A stretch of 64,000 nucleotides of DNA from a bacterium (lineage in GTDB: Bacteria; UBA8248). The notes under the pieces are model-generated. The model saw only the letters and a list, made by a program, of their open reading frames with translations, did no database searches and had not been told where the DNA came from. Positions 50,339-58,958 of the stretch are shown here, in pieces (the first letter of the stretch is position 1; each line of letters begins with the position of its first letter). The stretch covers positions 4,064,001 through 4,128,000 of the forward strand of contig OZ253442.1 of assembly GCA_965261085.1 (NCBI GenBank), given 5' to 3'. Made by a program: the position numbers and the translations under genes.

Positions 50339-51361
50339 ATGCAGATCGGCCTCCGCATCGGACCCCAGAACGAATTCACGCCGATCCCGGAATATCTGAA
50401 ATTCGTGAAACGCGCAGAAGCGCTCGGCTTCGACCCGCTGCTGTTCTCCGACACGGTTTCCCTGTCGCACTTCCACCTGCGTGATCCCTTCGTCGTCATG
50501 GCGCTTGCCGCCGGGGCAACCGAGCGCGCCGGGATTGGAACCGGCGTTACCGTACCCTTTATCCGGCATCCGGCGGTCGTCGCCAATGCGTTCGGGTCGA
50601 TCGATGACGCGATCGCCCCGCGGCGTACTTTCCTCGGCATCGGCTCCGGCGATACGGCGGTATACCTGCTCGGCAAGCGCGCCGCCCGTCTGGCGGAAAT
50701 GCGGGAATACCTTTCCGTAATTCGGGGGTTGCTCAACGGCGAGCCCGTAACCTACGAGGGTGCGCAAATGCGGTCCAACTGGCGCAAGCCGCACGTGCCG
50801 ATTTGCCTCGCCGCCGACGGACCGAAGATGCTGGCCATCGCCGGAGAACTGACTGATGCGGTCATTCTCGGCGCGGGCGCGACGCCTGAGGTAATCGAGT
50901 GGGCGCAGGGCTGCATCGCGGAGGGTGAGGCGCGAGCCGGCCGCAAAGCCGGCCACGTGCCGATCTGGTTCGATTTCATCGTCAGCGTCGGCGAAGACCG
51001 CGACGCGGTTCGCCGGGCGATTCGGGCGCGCCTCTGCAACCGGGCCAATCATAATTTTCGCATGGGCTACCACGCGGTGCCGGAAGAGCACCTTCCGGGC
51101 GTGCAGGCCTTTCGTGAGAATTATGACGAGAGCGATGTAGGCCACAAGACAAAAAACGCAAGCCTCATCACCGATTACATGGTGGACCGCTTCGCCGTCG
51201 TCGGCACGCGGAAAGATGTCGTCGCCCGCTTCGAAACACTGCACGAGACAGGAGTGGAGAAGGTCATCGTGGCCATGCCTTTCCGGCTCGAAGAACGCTA
51301 CGAAATTATCGAAACCCTGGCCCGTGAAGTCATGCCCCGTTTCGCGGAAACAGGCGTATAA
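50339..51361 (+). CDS. LLM-class oxidoreductase (Mer/F420-dependent-like subgroup)
   Basis: AEALGFD, DPFVVMALAA.AT, GTGVT.P..RHPAV.AN, LGIGSGD and AADGPKML..AGE; AAGGAG RBS. Confidence 0.88.
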   Translation: MQIGLRIGPQNEFTPIPEYLKFVKRAEALGFDPLLFSDTVSLSHFHLRDPFVVMALAAGATERAGIGTGVTVPFIRHPAVVANAFGSIDDAIAPRRTFLGIGSGDTAVYLLGKRAARLAEMREYLSVIRGLLNGEPVTYEGAQMRSNWRKPHVPICLAADGPKMLAIAGELTDAVILGAGATPEVIEWAQGCIAEGEARAGRKAGHVPIWFDFIVSVGEDRDAVRRAIRARLCNRANHNFRMGYHAVPEEHLPGVQAFRENYDESDVGHKTKNASLITDYMVDRFAVVGTRKDVVARFETLHETGVEKVIVAMPFRLEERYEIIETLAREVMPRFAETGV

Positions 51362-51445
51362 GACCGCAGCGCAAGACCAAAAAGAACACAGGATATAATA
51401 ACCGGCGACAACCCCCCTGCAAGGTCGCGTTATGCAAACGGGAAC

Positions 51446-51479
51446 ACGCCGTTTGCCCGTGAAAGTCATGGCGTTTGGC
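51446..51479. repeat. 34-bp direct repeat, copy 2
   Basis: ACGCCGTTTGCCCGTGAAAGTCATGGCGTTTGGC; one mismatch to copy 1. Confidence 0.85.
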
Positions 51480-51608
51480 CGCCCACACATAGCCGATCCC
51501 CCGCTGCGCTTGCCGAGACAGCGCAAGTGGAGTATTTCATGGGCACAAGAACCCATATCGCTCGATTCCACTATTTCCGTTGTTTTTCCTCGAATGGAGG
51601 TCTTCCCC

Positions 51609-52394
51609 TTGGCCATCATCACGAACGAGACGAAAAGAAAATCCTACGCCGGAGAAGTCACCCTCGGAGTGGGCGTACGCATGGCGCGAACGGTGGAGGT
51701 CGGACTCGCCATGAAGGCGGCCGGCTTCGACTGGCTCTTCATCGATCTCGAACACGGTCCCTTCGACCTCGAAACCGCGCAGCAGATATCCATCGCCGCC
51801 CTGACGCAAGGCATCACGCCGCTCGTGCGCGTGGCCTCGCTCGACGGACACCTGAGCACACGCATTCTGGACAGCGGGGCGCAGGGCATCGTCCTGCCCC
51901 ACGTGAACAACGCGCAAGAGGCCGAGGAATTCGTGAAAATCTGCAAATTCCCGCCCGAGGGCGACCGTAGCGCGGGCGGGGGGCTGGCCCACGGCCGCTT
52001 CGAGGCCATCGGCGCAGCCGAGACGCTGAGCGGCATCAACGACGAGACGCTGCTGGTCGCCATGATCGAGACGCCGGAAGCAGGCGATGAGGCGGACGCC
52101 ATCGCCGCCGTGGAGGGAATCGACGTGCTGCTGATCGGCACGAACGATTTGAGCACGGGCATGGGCATCGTCGGCCAGCACGACCACCCCCGCGTCAACA
52201 AGGTGTATGACCAGGTGAACGCCGCGTGTCAGAAACACGGCAAGATAGCGGGCATGGGCGGGTCCTATGATCCCCAGATGATAGAGCGCAGAATCAAGGA
52301 AGGGATGCGCTTCATCCTCTCGGGCAGCGACCTCAACTTCATGATCACCGGCGCCAAGGCCCAGGCGAGCATGATTCGCGAACTCGCAGGCTGA
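51609..52394 (+). CDS. HpcH/HpaI class II pyruvate aldolase family
   Basis: GFDWLFIDLEHG, LDSGAQGIVLPHV, KFPPEGDRS, MIET and LIGTNDL; TTG start with GGAGG RBS. Confidence 0.92.
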   Translation: MAIITNETKRKSYAGEVTLGVGVRMARTVEVGLAMKAAGFDWLFIDLEHGPFDLETAQQISIAALTQGITPLVRVASLDGHLSTRILDSGAQGIVLPHVNNAQEAEEFVKICKFPPEGDRSAGGGLAHGRFEAIGAAETLSGINDETLLVAMIETPEAGDEADAIAAVEGIDVLLIGTNDLSTGMGIVGQHDHPRVNKVYDQVNAACQKHGKIAGMGGSYDPQMIERRIKEGMRFILSGSDLNFMITGAKAQASMIRELAG

Positions 52395-52451
52395 GTTTCC
52401 CGCTCAAATTCCAATTTCCATTCGCGCTTTTCGTGGAAACGAGGAGAGAAA

Positions 52452-53294
52452 ATGAAACTTCTGACTTATGAATCAGAAACCGGACCGCGCGTCGCCGTAT
52501 TGACGGAAAACGGCGTGGAGGACGTCGTCCCCCAGACCGGCGACGCGGCGGAAGTCATCGCCCGGGGCGGGACGCCCGAGACCAACGGCCGGCCCGTGGC
52601 GCTCGAGTCCATCAAAATGCTCGCGCCGGTGGCGACGCTCGCGCGGCCCGTCATCGCCGTGGGCCTGAACTATAAGAAACACGCCGATGAGGGCGCGCGC
52701 AAATATGGACGCCCGGTGGGCGTCTACCCCGAGATTCCGGTGTTCTTCTGCAAGTGGCCGGGTTCGCACAACAGGCCCGACGGGGAAATCATCCTCCACG
52801 GGAACGTGAATGAGCTCGACTATGAGTGCGAACTCGTCATCGTGATCGGCAAGGGGGGGATCAACATTCCGCTGGAAGAGGCCATGGATCACGTATACGG
52901 CTACACCATCATGAACGAGGTCTCGGCCCGCGACGTGCAGCGCGCCCATAACCAGTGGTTCAAGGGCAAGGCGCTCGACAGCTTCGGTCCCCTGGGGCCG
53001 TGGATCGTCACCAAGGACGAGACGGGCGACGGCAACAACCTGGCCGTGATGTCGCGCGTGAACGGCGAGTCGCGGCAGAACTCGAACACGAACGACATGA
53101 TTTTCGATATCGCCACCGTCGTTTCGACGTTCTCCGAGAGCTGCACGATCCTTCCCGGCGACATGATAGCCACGGGCACGCCCGAGGGCGTGGGCTTCGC
53201 CATGGACCCGCCGGGGCTTCTGAGCGTGGGCGACGTGGTGGAGTGTGAGATCGAGAACATCGGCGTGCTCAGGAGCACCGTCGTCGCGCCGTAA
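52452..53294 (+). CDS. fumarylacetoacetate hydrolase family protein
   Basis: VGLNYKKH, DYECELVIVIG, NEVSARDVQ, WFKGK, PLGPWIVT and PGDMIATGTPEGVG. Confidence 0.95.
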   Translation: MKLLTYESETGPRVAVLTENGVEDVVPQTGDAAEVIARGGTPETNGRPVALESIKMLAPVATLARPVIAVGLNYKKHADEGARKYGRPVGVYPEIPVFFCKWPGSHNRPDGEIILHGNVNELDYECELVIVIGKGGINIPLEEAMDHVYGYTIMNEVSARDVQRAHNQWFKGKALDSFGPLGPWIVTKDETGDGNNLAVMSRVNGESRQNSNTNDMIFDIATVVSTFSESCTILPGDMIATGTPEGVGFAMDPPGLLSVGDVVECEIENIGVLRSTVVAP

Positions 53295-53356
53295 CAAGAC
53301 GCGCGGCGCGCACGTCGGATAGAAAGAAAGCGGGGTTCAGACGGTTCGTTTGGTGA

Positions 53357-53380
53357 CGCCCGGAGTGGGAACTCCGGGCG
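53357..53380. terminator. hairpin between convergent genes
   Basis: CGCCCGGAGT-GGGA-ACTCCGGGCG. Confidence 0.55.
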
Positions 53381-53389
53381 GATGGAGCT

Positions 53390-53890
53390 TTACGTCAGCG
53401 TTTGTTTGAGGTAGGGCACGAGGCCGCCCGCCTTCACCATGTCCATGATGTGATCGGGCAGGGGTTCGGCTTGTAAGGTCTGGCCCTTCGTCAGGTTCTC
53501 GACCCTTCCCGCAATCGGGTCGACGCGCACGCGATCGCCTTGTTCTATCGAATCCGCATCGGCGCAGATGAGCACGGGCAGGCCGATGCACAGCGAATTC
53601 CTGAAAAAATTCCGGGCGAACGTCCGCGCGATGACCGCGCCCACGCCCGCCTGCTTGATGCCCCGGGGGGCCGTCTCGCGGCTCGAACCGCAGCCGAAGT
53701 TTCCTCCGCCGATTATCACGTCTCCCGCCTGCACGTTTTTGGGGAAATCGGGGTCGACGCCCTCCATCGCGTGAGCGGCCAGTTCCTCATCGGGCAGGCT
53801 CGCATATTTGGACGGCATGATGTAGCCCGTATCGACGTTGTCGCCGAACACCCAGGCGCCGCCCTCTATGGTTTGCGTCTCCTTGCTCAT
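53390..53890 (-). CDS. leuD: isopropylmalate/homoaconitate-type dehydratase small subunit (LeuD/HacB/DmdB)
   Basis: FGDNVDTG.I.P, GGNFGCGSSRE.A, FARNFFRN and AGGL; start MSKET at 53890. Confidence 0.85.
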   Translation of the reverse strand: MSKETQTIEGGAWVFGDNVDTGYIMPSKYASLPDEELAAHAMEGVDPDFPKNVQAGDVIIGGGNFGCGSSRETAPRGIKQAGVGAVIARTFARNFFRNSLCIGLPVLICADADSIEQGDRVRVDPIAGRVENLTKGQTLQAEPLPDHIMDMVKAGGLVPYLKQTLT

Positions 53891-55152
53891 GAGATGAACT
53901 CCCTCGGGTCGGCCACGCGGCCCTTGACGGCGCTCGCCGCCACCGTGGCGGCGGAGGCCAGGTATATCGACGCCTCGAGGCTTCCCATGCGTCCCTTGTA
54001 GTTGCGGTTGGCCGAGGAGATGCACACCTCCCCGTCTCCGAGTTGTCCCGGTCCCCTGCCCGCGCAGATGCCGCAGGTGGTGGGCAGGAGCACGCCGCCC
54101 GCGTCGATGAGCGCGCCGAGCGTGCCGTCCGCCATGGCCTTGCTCATGATGTCCTTGCTTGCGGGCGCGATGAGAAGTTGGAGCCCGTGCGCGACCCGCC
54201 TGCCCTTCAAGACCGCCGCCGCCGCCTGCAGATCGAGGAGCTTCGCCCCCGTGCACGAGCCGATGTGCGCGCGGTTCAAGGGAGGCGATTCCACCTCCTC
54301 CACCGGGTAGACGTTGTCCATCCTGTGGGGACACGCCACCTGGGGCGATAAATCGGTCAAGTCGTATTCATAGGATTCGGCGTAGGTTGCATCCGGGTCG
54401 GAGCGCACGGCCTCCCAGCCGTCTTCCACGCCTGCGTTTTTGAGATATTCCGCCGTCGCCTCATCCACGTCGATGATGGAACTCTTGGCGCTGAACTCCG
54501 CCGCCATGTTGGAGAGCGTCATGCGGTCCTCCACGGGCAGCGCCATGAGCGCCTCGCCCTCGAACTGGAGCACCTTGTATTCCGCCCCGTCGACTTTCAA
54601 GTCCTTGAGCGCGAGCAGCGCCATGTCCTTTCCGTAAATCCCAGCGGGAACCCGGCCCTTGAAGTGGACCCGTATCGTCTCGGGCACGCGGAGCCAGACT
54701 TCTCCCTTCGCGAGCACGCCGATGCTCTCCGTCGGCCCTATCGCCACGCCCAGCGCGCCCAGCGCCCCCGTGTTGGTGGTGTGGCTGTCCGTGCCGGTGA
54801 CGAGAACCCCCGGACGCACGAAGCCTTTCTCGGCCATGAGGATGTGGCAGATGCCCTCTGCGTCGTAAAAATGAGAAAGTTCCTGCTCGGCCGCCCAGGC
54901 TCTGGTGACGTTCAGCACCCTGGACTGTGAATCGTCGGTGGGCGGGTTATGGTGATCGGCCGTGAGCATGAAGCGATTCTTGTTCCAGATGGGAAGACCC
55001 AGTTCGGCGAAGTCCTTGCCCATGCGGAACGGCCCCTGGTTGTCGTGCATGACGTGGGCGTCTACCTTCGCCCATACGATGTCGCCCACGTCTACGCGCT
55101 CGCGCCCGCTGGCGCGGGCCAGTATTTTCTGCGTGGCGGTATCCCCGGACAA
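53887..55152 (-). CDS. leuC: isopropylmalate/homoaconitate-type dehydratase large subunit (LeuC/HacA/DmdA)
   Basis: DH, GICH, GTDSHT, IGSCT, CGICAG and NRNYKGRMG; TTG start at 55152 with AAGGAG RBS. Confidence 0.85.
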   Translation of the reverse strand: MSGDTATQKILARASGRERVDVGDIVWAKVDAHVMHDNQGPFRMGKDFAELGLPIWNKNRFMLTADHHNPPTDDSQSRVLNVTRAWAAEQELSHFYDAEGICHILMAEKGFVRPGVLVTGTDSHTTNTGALGALGVAIGPTESIGVLAKGEVWLRVPETIRVHFKGRVPAGIYGKDMALLALKDLKVDGAEYKVLQFEGEALMALPVEDRMTLSNMAAEFSAKSSIIDVDEATAEYLKNAGVEDGWEAVRSDPDATYAESYEYDLTDLSPQVACPHRMDNVYPVEEVESPPLNRAHIGSCTGAKLLDLQAAAAVLKGRRVAHGLQLLIAPASKDIMSKAMADGTLGALIDAGGVLLPTTCGICAGRGPGQLGDGEVCISSANRNYKGRMGSLEASIYLASAATVAASAVKGRVADPREFIS

Positions 55153-55255
55153 GACGTTCTCCTTCAATATGGGGGTGCGGAAACGCGATAGTCTTGTATA
55201 CTCGTCTTGTCGCATACTATCGGACGAGAATCAAGACTAGAGGATTTGAGAGAAA

Positions 55256-55864
55256 ATAGCCGGAGACAAGCAAATCGACCGCAAGGCGTTTTTCAAGGAA
55301 GGCCCGCTCTCTTTTATGCGCTCCTTCATGCAGGGGATGCACCAGGGGGAAACGAGAATCCAGCGATCGACGCTCGAAGGGCCTGTCTTGCGCCCGCCGG
55401 GCGCGGCGCTGGAAGCCGATTTTCTCGACCTTTGCACGGGCAGCGCGCAATGCGCGCTCGCGTGTCCGGCCGACGCCATTCTCATGCTCCCCCGCGAGGA
55501 CGGCTCGGGCCTCGAAGCGCCCCGCATCATCCCCGTGGACGGAGCCTGCGTGGTTTGTGACGATCTCTCCTGCATGAAGGTCTGCCCCACGGGAGCGCTC
55601 ACCCTCGTGCCCCGCGAGAAGATTCGCGTCGGCCTGGCCGAGGTGAACCACGAGACGTGTTACTCCTGGAACAAACAGGATGAGGAGTGCAACTACTGCG
55701 TGACGCGCTGCCCCATCGGGGAGAGCGCGATACGCATCGAGGAGCGAGAAGACGGAAAAGGCCCCGTCATCGGAGAGGCCTGCGTGGGCTGCGGCACCTG
55801 TGAGCAGCACTGCCCCGAATACCCGGGCGCCGTGCGCGTGTTTCCCATCCCCGAATCCGCCTGA
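55256..55864 (+). CDS. NapG/MauM-type multi-[4Fe-4S] ferredoxin
   Basis: LRPPGA...FLDLC, C..C....C...CPTGAL, C..C...CP and CVGCGTCEQHCP. The frame is open from ATA 55256; first ATG is 55316. Confidence 0.85.
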   Translation: MAGDKQIDRKAFFKEGPLSFMRSFMQGMHQGETRIQRSTLEGPVLRPPGAALEADFLDLCTGSAQCALACPADAILMLPREDGSGLEAPRIIPVDGACVVCDDLSCMKVCPTGALTLVPREKIRVGLAEVNHETCYSWNKQDEECNYCVTRCPIGESAIRIEEREDGKGPVIGEACVGCGTCEQHCPEYPGAVRVFPIPESA

Positions 55865-55940
55865 ACCGACCTGCCCGAAGACACCCGCATCCTTCTGCGG
55901 GATAGGGAATGCCGATTCCGCCGCCGGTGCGCGGTGCGGA

Positions 55941-56441
55941 TCAGGAAAATTCCTCTCTCAGGATTTCGTGGATGAACCGCTGAACGGCGAGGGGGTAGAA
56001 CCGGATGTCCGGCGTGCGGACCACGGCGGTGTCCGTGGTTTCCAGGCGCGCGAGTTCGTTCAGCACCTTTTCCGCCAGAACCTCCGGGCTCCACTCGTGA
56101 TGGGTGATTTTCAAATGCTCGTTCTCGATGTTGAAATTTCCCGCCGCGACGGCGGGAAACGCGAACACGCGGCCGATGAGGTCGGAATCCATCATTTCGG
56201 AATCCTTGAAAATCTCCCCGAACGTCTTCTGCGCCTCGGTGGGCGTCCACACCAGTTTGGGAGACACCAGGAGCTTGCCGGAGATCTGCACCGAACCCGC
56301 CTGCTCTTTCATCTCCGGCCCCAGCACCCGGTAGCCGAGTTCATGATAGCCCGACACGATGCCCAAGTAAGGCCTCTGGATGATGCGGATTTCTTCGCTC
56401 ACCTGCCTGTGAAAATCGCGCTGCATGTCGTCGTCGAACAT
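55941..56441 (-). CDS. hypothetical protein
   Basis: 166-aa ORF with host-like codon bias and a GGAG upstream, downstream of hemY on the same strand. Confidence 0.7.
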   Translation of the reverse strand: MFDDDMQRDFHRQVSEEIRIIQRPYLGIVSGYHELGYRVLGPEMKEQAGSVQISGKLLVSPKLVWTPTEAQKTFGEIFKDSEMMDSDLIGRVFAFPAVAAGNFNIENEHLKITHHEWSPEVLAEKVLNELARLETTDTAVVRTPDIRFYPLAVQRFIHEILREEFS

Positions 56442-56562
56442 CGAAACGTCTCCGTCAGGACTGAAAACCCCAAAACACAAGCTGACGTTGATACCAAATG
56501 CCGCTGCGCCCGGTCAAACAACACCGTCCCGAAAACAGGATCACCCATTCTCTTCTTTTTTC

Positions 56563-57999
56563 TTAAGGATTGGTAGTCCGCAAGTCATTGAGAATTTTAT
56601 CCGCCGCCTCATTCGCGGATTTCACGCAATCGGGAATCCCCACACCCCGATAGGCGTTGCCGGCCAGGGCCAGACCCGGCATAGCCTCAAGTTCGTTATC
56701 GATGCGCCGTACTTTCTCCAGGTGACCCACCAGATAATGCGGCAGTGATTCCTCGTAGCGATAAAAGACTTTTCCTTCGGGCTCCCCGGAAATCCCCAGA
56801 ACAGGCCGAAGCTCATCGGTGAGCTTGCGGGTGAGTTCCGCGTCCGTGAATCTCGAGAGAGAATCGCCCTCGCCTCCGGCGAACGCGCGAATGAGCACTT
56901 TTCCCTCGGGCGCTCTTCCGACGAACTTCGTGCTCGAAAACGAACACGCCAGGAGCGTTTTATTCTCTATCGCGGGCGCCACGAAACCCATGGCGTCGAG
57001 CGGATTCGCCACCTGCCCGGCGCGATAGGTCAGGTTGAGCGTCGCCAGAGAGCCGCTGGGTATGCTCATCAGTTCCCCCGAGATAGTGGGCGATATCTTC
57101 TCCAGCATCCGCCCCGAAGCGCGAGGCGGCAGGGTGACGCAAACCGCATCGGCATCCACCTCCTCACCATCCTGTAGGCGAACGCGCCAGCCTTTTTCTT
57201 TTTTCTCGAGCGCTTCCGCCCGGCAGCCTGCCCGAACCGAGGCGGCGGAAATCTTCTCCGCCAGGGCGTCCACCAGCACGCCCATGCCGCGCTCGAAACT
57301 GACGAACAGGCCATACCTCGGGCCGCTCGCCGAGACGCCCTCGCCCGAACCTCTTTTCCGCATCCGTATTCTGAGTCCCAGGATAAGGCTCCCGTGCTCG
57401 CGCTCTATCTCGTGAAACTGCGGCATGGTGGCTTTCAGGCTCAGCTTTTCGGGGTCTGCCGAGTAAATACCCGCCACCATGGGCTGGGCCATTCTCTCGA
57501 GCGCCTCGCGCCCGAAGCGCCTGCGCACGAAATCGGCCAGGGATTCATCCGCATCCCCCTTCCGGCGGGGCAGAAGAACGTCCATCGCCATCCTGAGCTT
57601 GCCCAGCGGACTGAAAATGGGCGACATCAGGAACGGGCCGATTTGGTACGGCGCCAAAAGATAATACCCCTGTGGCACGGGCAGCAGATTATCACCCCTC
57701 AAGACGAAGCTGCGCCGGTAACGCTCGTTCGTACTGATGATCTCATTTTCAAGCCCCAGTTCTTTGCAGAGTTCGACGCCCTCGGGTTTTGAGGTGAGAA
57801 AACAATCCGGGCCTTTCTCCATCAGGACGCCATCGACGAATTCGGTCTCTATGACGCCGCCGAGCCTGGGTGACGCCTCGATGAGATGGATTTCGAGAGA
57901 GAGATTTTGCGCTTCGGAGGCCTGGAGGAGCCGGTAGCAGGCGGTAAGCCCCGTAACACCCCCGCCAAGCACGACCACCCGCCTGACGCGGGAGGTCAA
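56563..57999 (-). CDS. hemY: HemY-type proto/coproporphyrinogen oxidase
   Basis: VVVLGGGVTGL, EKGPDCF, GIYSADPE.LS, PHYLVGH and GVGIPDCV. Confidence 0.95.
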   Translation of the reverse strand: MTSRVRRVVVLGGGVTGLTACYRLLQASEAQNLSLEIHLIEASPRLGGVIETEFVDGVLMEKGPDCFLTSKPEGVELCKELGLENEIISTNERYRRSFVLRGDNLLPVPQGYYLLAPYQIGPFLMSPIFSPLGKLRMAMDVLLPRRKGDADESLADFVRRRFGREALERMAQPMVAGIYSADPEKLSLKATMPQFHEIEREHGSLILGLRIRMRKRGSGEGVSASGPRYGLFVSFERGMGVLVDALAEKISAASVRAGCRAEALEKKEKGWRVRLQDGEEVDADAVCVTLPPRASGRMLEKISPTISGELMSIPSGSLATLNLTYRAGQVANPLDAMGFVAPAIENKTLLACSFSSTKFVGRAPEGKVLIRAFAGGEGDSLSRFTDAELTRKLTDELRPVLGISGEPEGKVFYRYEESLPHYLVGHLEKVRRIDNELEAMPGLALAGNAYRGVGIPDCVKSANEAADKILNDLRTTNP

Positions 58000-58958
58000 T
58001 TTCCACTCCCCGTCATTTTGGCGCGAATCAGTTCAGAGAGCATGTGTATGAAGGCGGGGTGCGTGCCCACCGTGGGCGCGCGGTAAAAGCGAAGCCCCGC
58101 CTGCTCGGCGGCTTCTCGGGCCTCGATGTCCAAATCGAAGAGCACCTCCACGTGATCGCAAATGAAGCCGATCGGAACGAGCAGGACGGCCTCTGCGCCA
58201 CCGGCGGCGACGCCCTCGATCACATCCACCACGTCGGGCCCGAGCCACGTGCCGGGGGGCGCATCCGGACTGCTCTGGAAACCGACCTCATAGCCTCTCA
58301 AGCCCAACTTTTGCGCCACCAAAGCCGCCGTCTCCCGAAATTCCTCCTCATAAGAAGAGGCCTTGGCCATCGAAACAGGAATCGAATGGGCCATAAAGAT
58401 GACCTTGGCGCCCTCCAGGCCACCTTCTTCCGGGACGGCTTGCCTTATCCTCTCGGCGATGGCGTCGATGAAGCCTGGATGCCGGTGCCAGGGCGTTTCC
58501 AGGAATTCGGTCTCGGGCGCATCGCCGCCCAATTCTTCACGCGCCGACGCCACGGCTCCCCGGTAGGCCTCCCAGCTTATTTTCGTGCGGTGCGGCGCGA
58601 GTATGACGCCCAGGGCGCGGCGCAAGCCGCGCCGGCCCATCTCGGCCAGCGTCTCTTCCACGTATGGCGTCCAGAACCGGTAGCCCGTGTAGACGGGAAC
58701 GCCCACGCCCGCCTGCTCCAGCGCCATTTCGAGCGCGCCCGCTTGTTTTTGAGAAAAAAACGTAAACGGCGAGACGCCGCCGAAATACTTATAATGCGCG
58801 GCCACCTCCCGGATGCGTTCGGGGCCACCCGACCTCTGTCCGACGATGCCTTCCACGTAGCAATACGCCTCGCCCGGGCATTCCTCGTAGCGGCGGCAAC
58901 AACCCCGCGTGGGGCCGCCGAAGCCGATCATGATGATGGAATCAAACTCGTCCTTCAT
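57996..58958 (-). CDS. hemH: ferrochelatase (CpfC-like)
   Basis: FGGP, HY..FGGVSP, FMAHSIP, FQS...WLGPD and PIGFICDHVEVLFDLD.E. Confidence 0.95.
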   Translation of the reverse strand: MKDEFDSIIMIGFGGPTRGCCRRYEECPGEAYCYVEGIVGQRSGGPERIREVAAHYKYFGGVSPFTFFSQKQAGALEMALEQAGVGVPVYTGYRFWTPYVEETLAEMGRRGLRRALGVILAPHRTKISWEAYRGAVASAREELGGDAPETEFLETPWHRHPGFIDAIAERIRQAVPEEGGLEGAKVIFMAHSIPVSMAKASSYEEEFRETAALVAQKLGLRGYEVGFQSSPDAPPGTWLGPDVVDVIEGVAAGGAEAVLLVPIGFICDHVEVLFDLDIEAREAAEQAGLRFYRAPTVGTHPAFIHMLSELIRAKMTGSGN

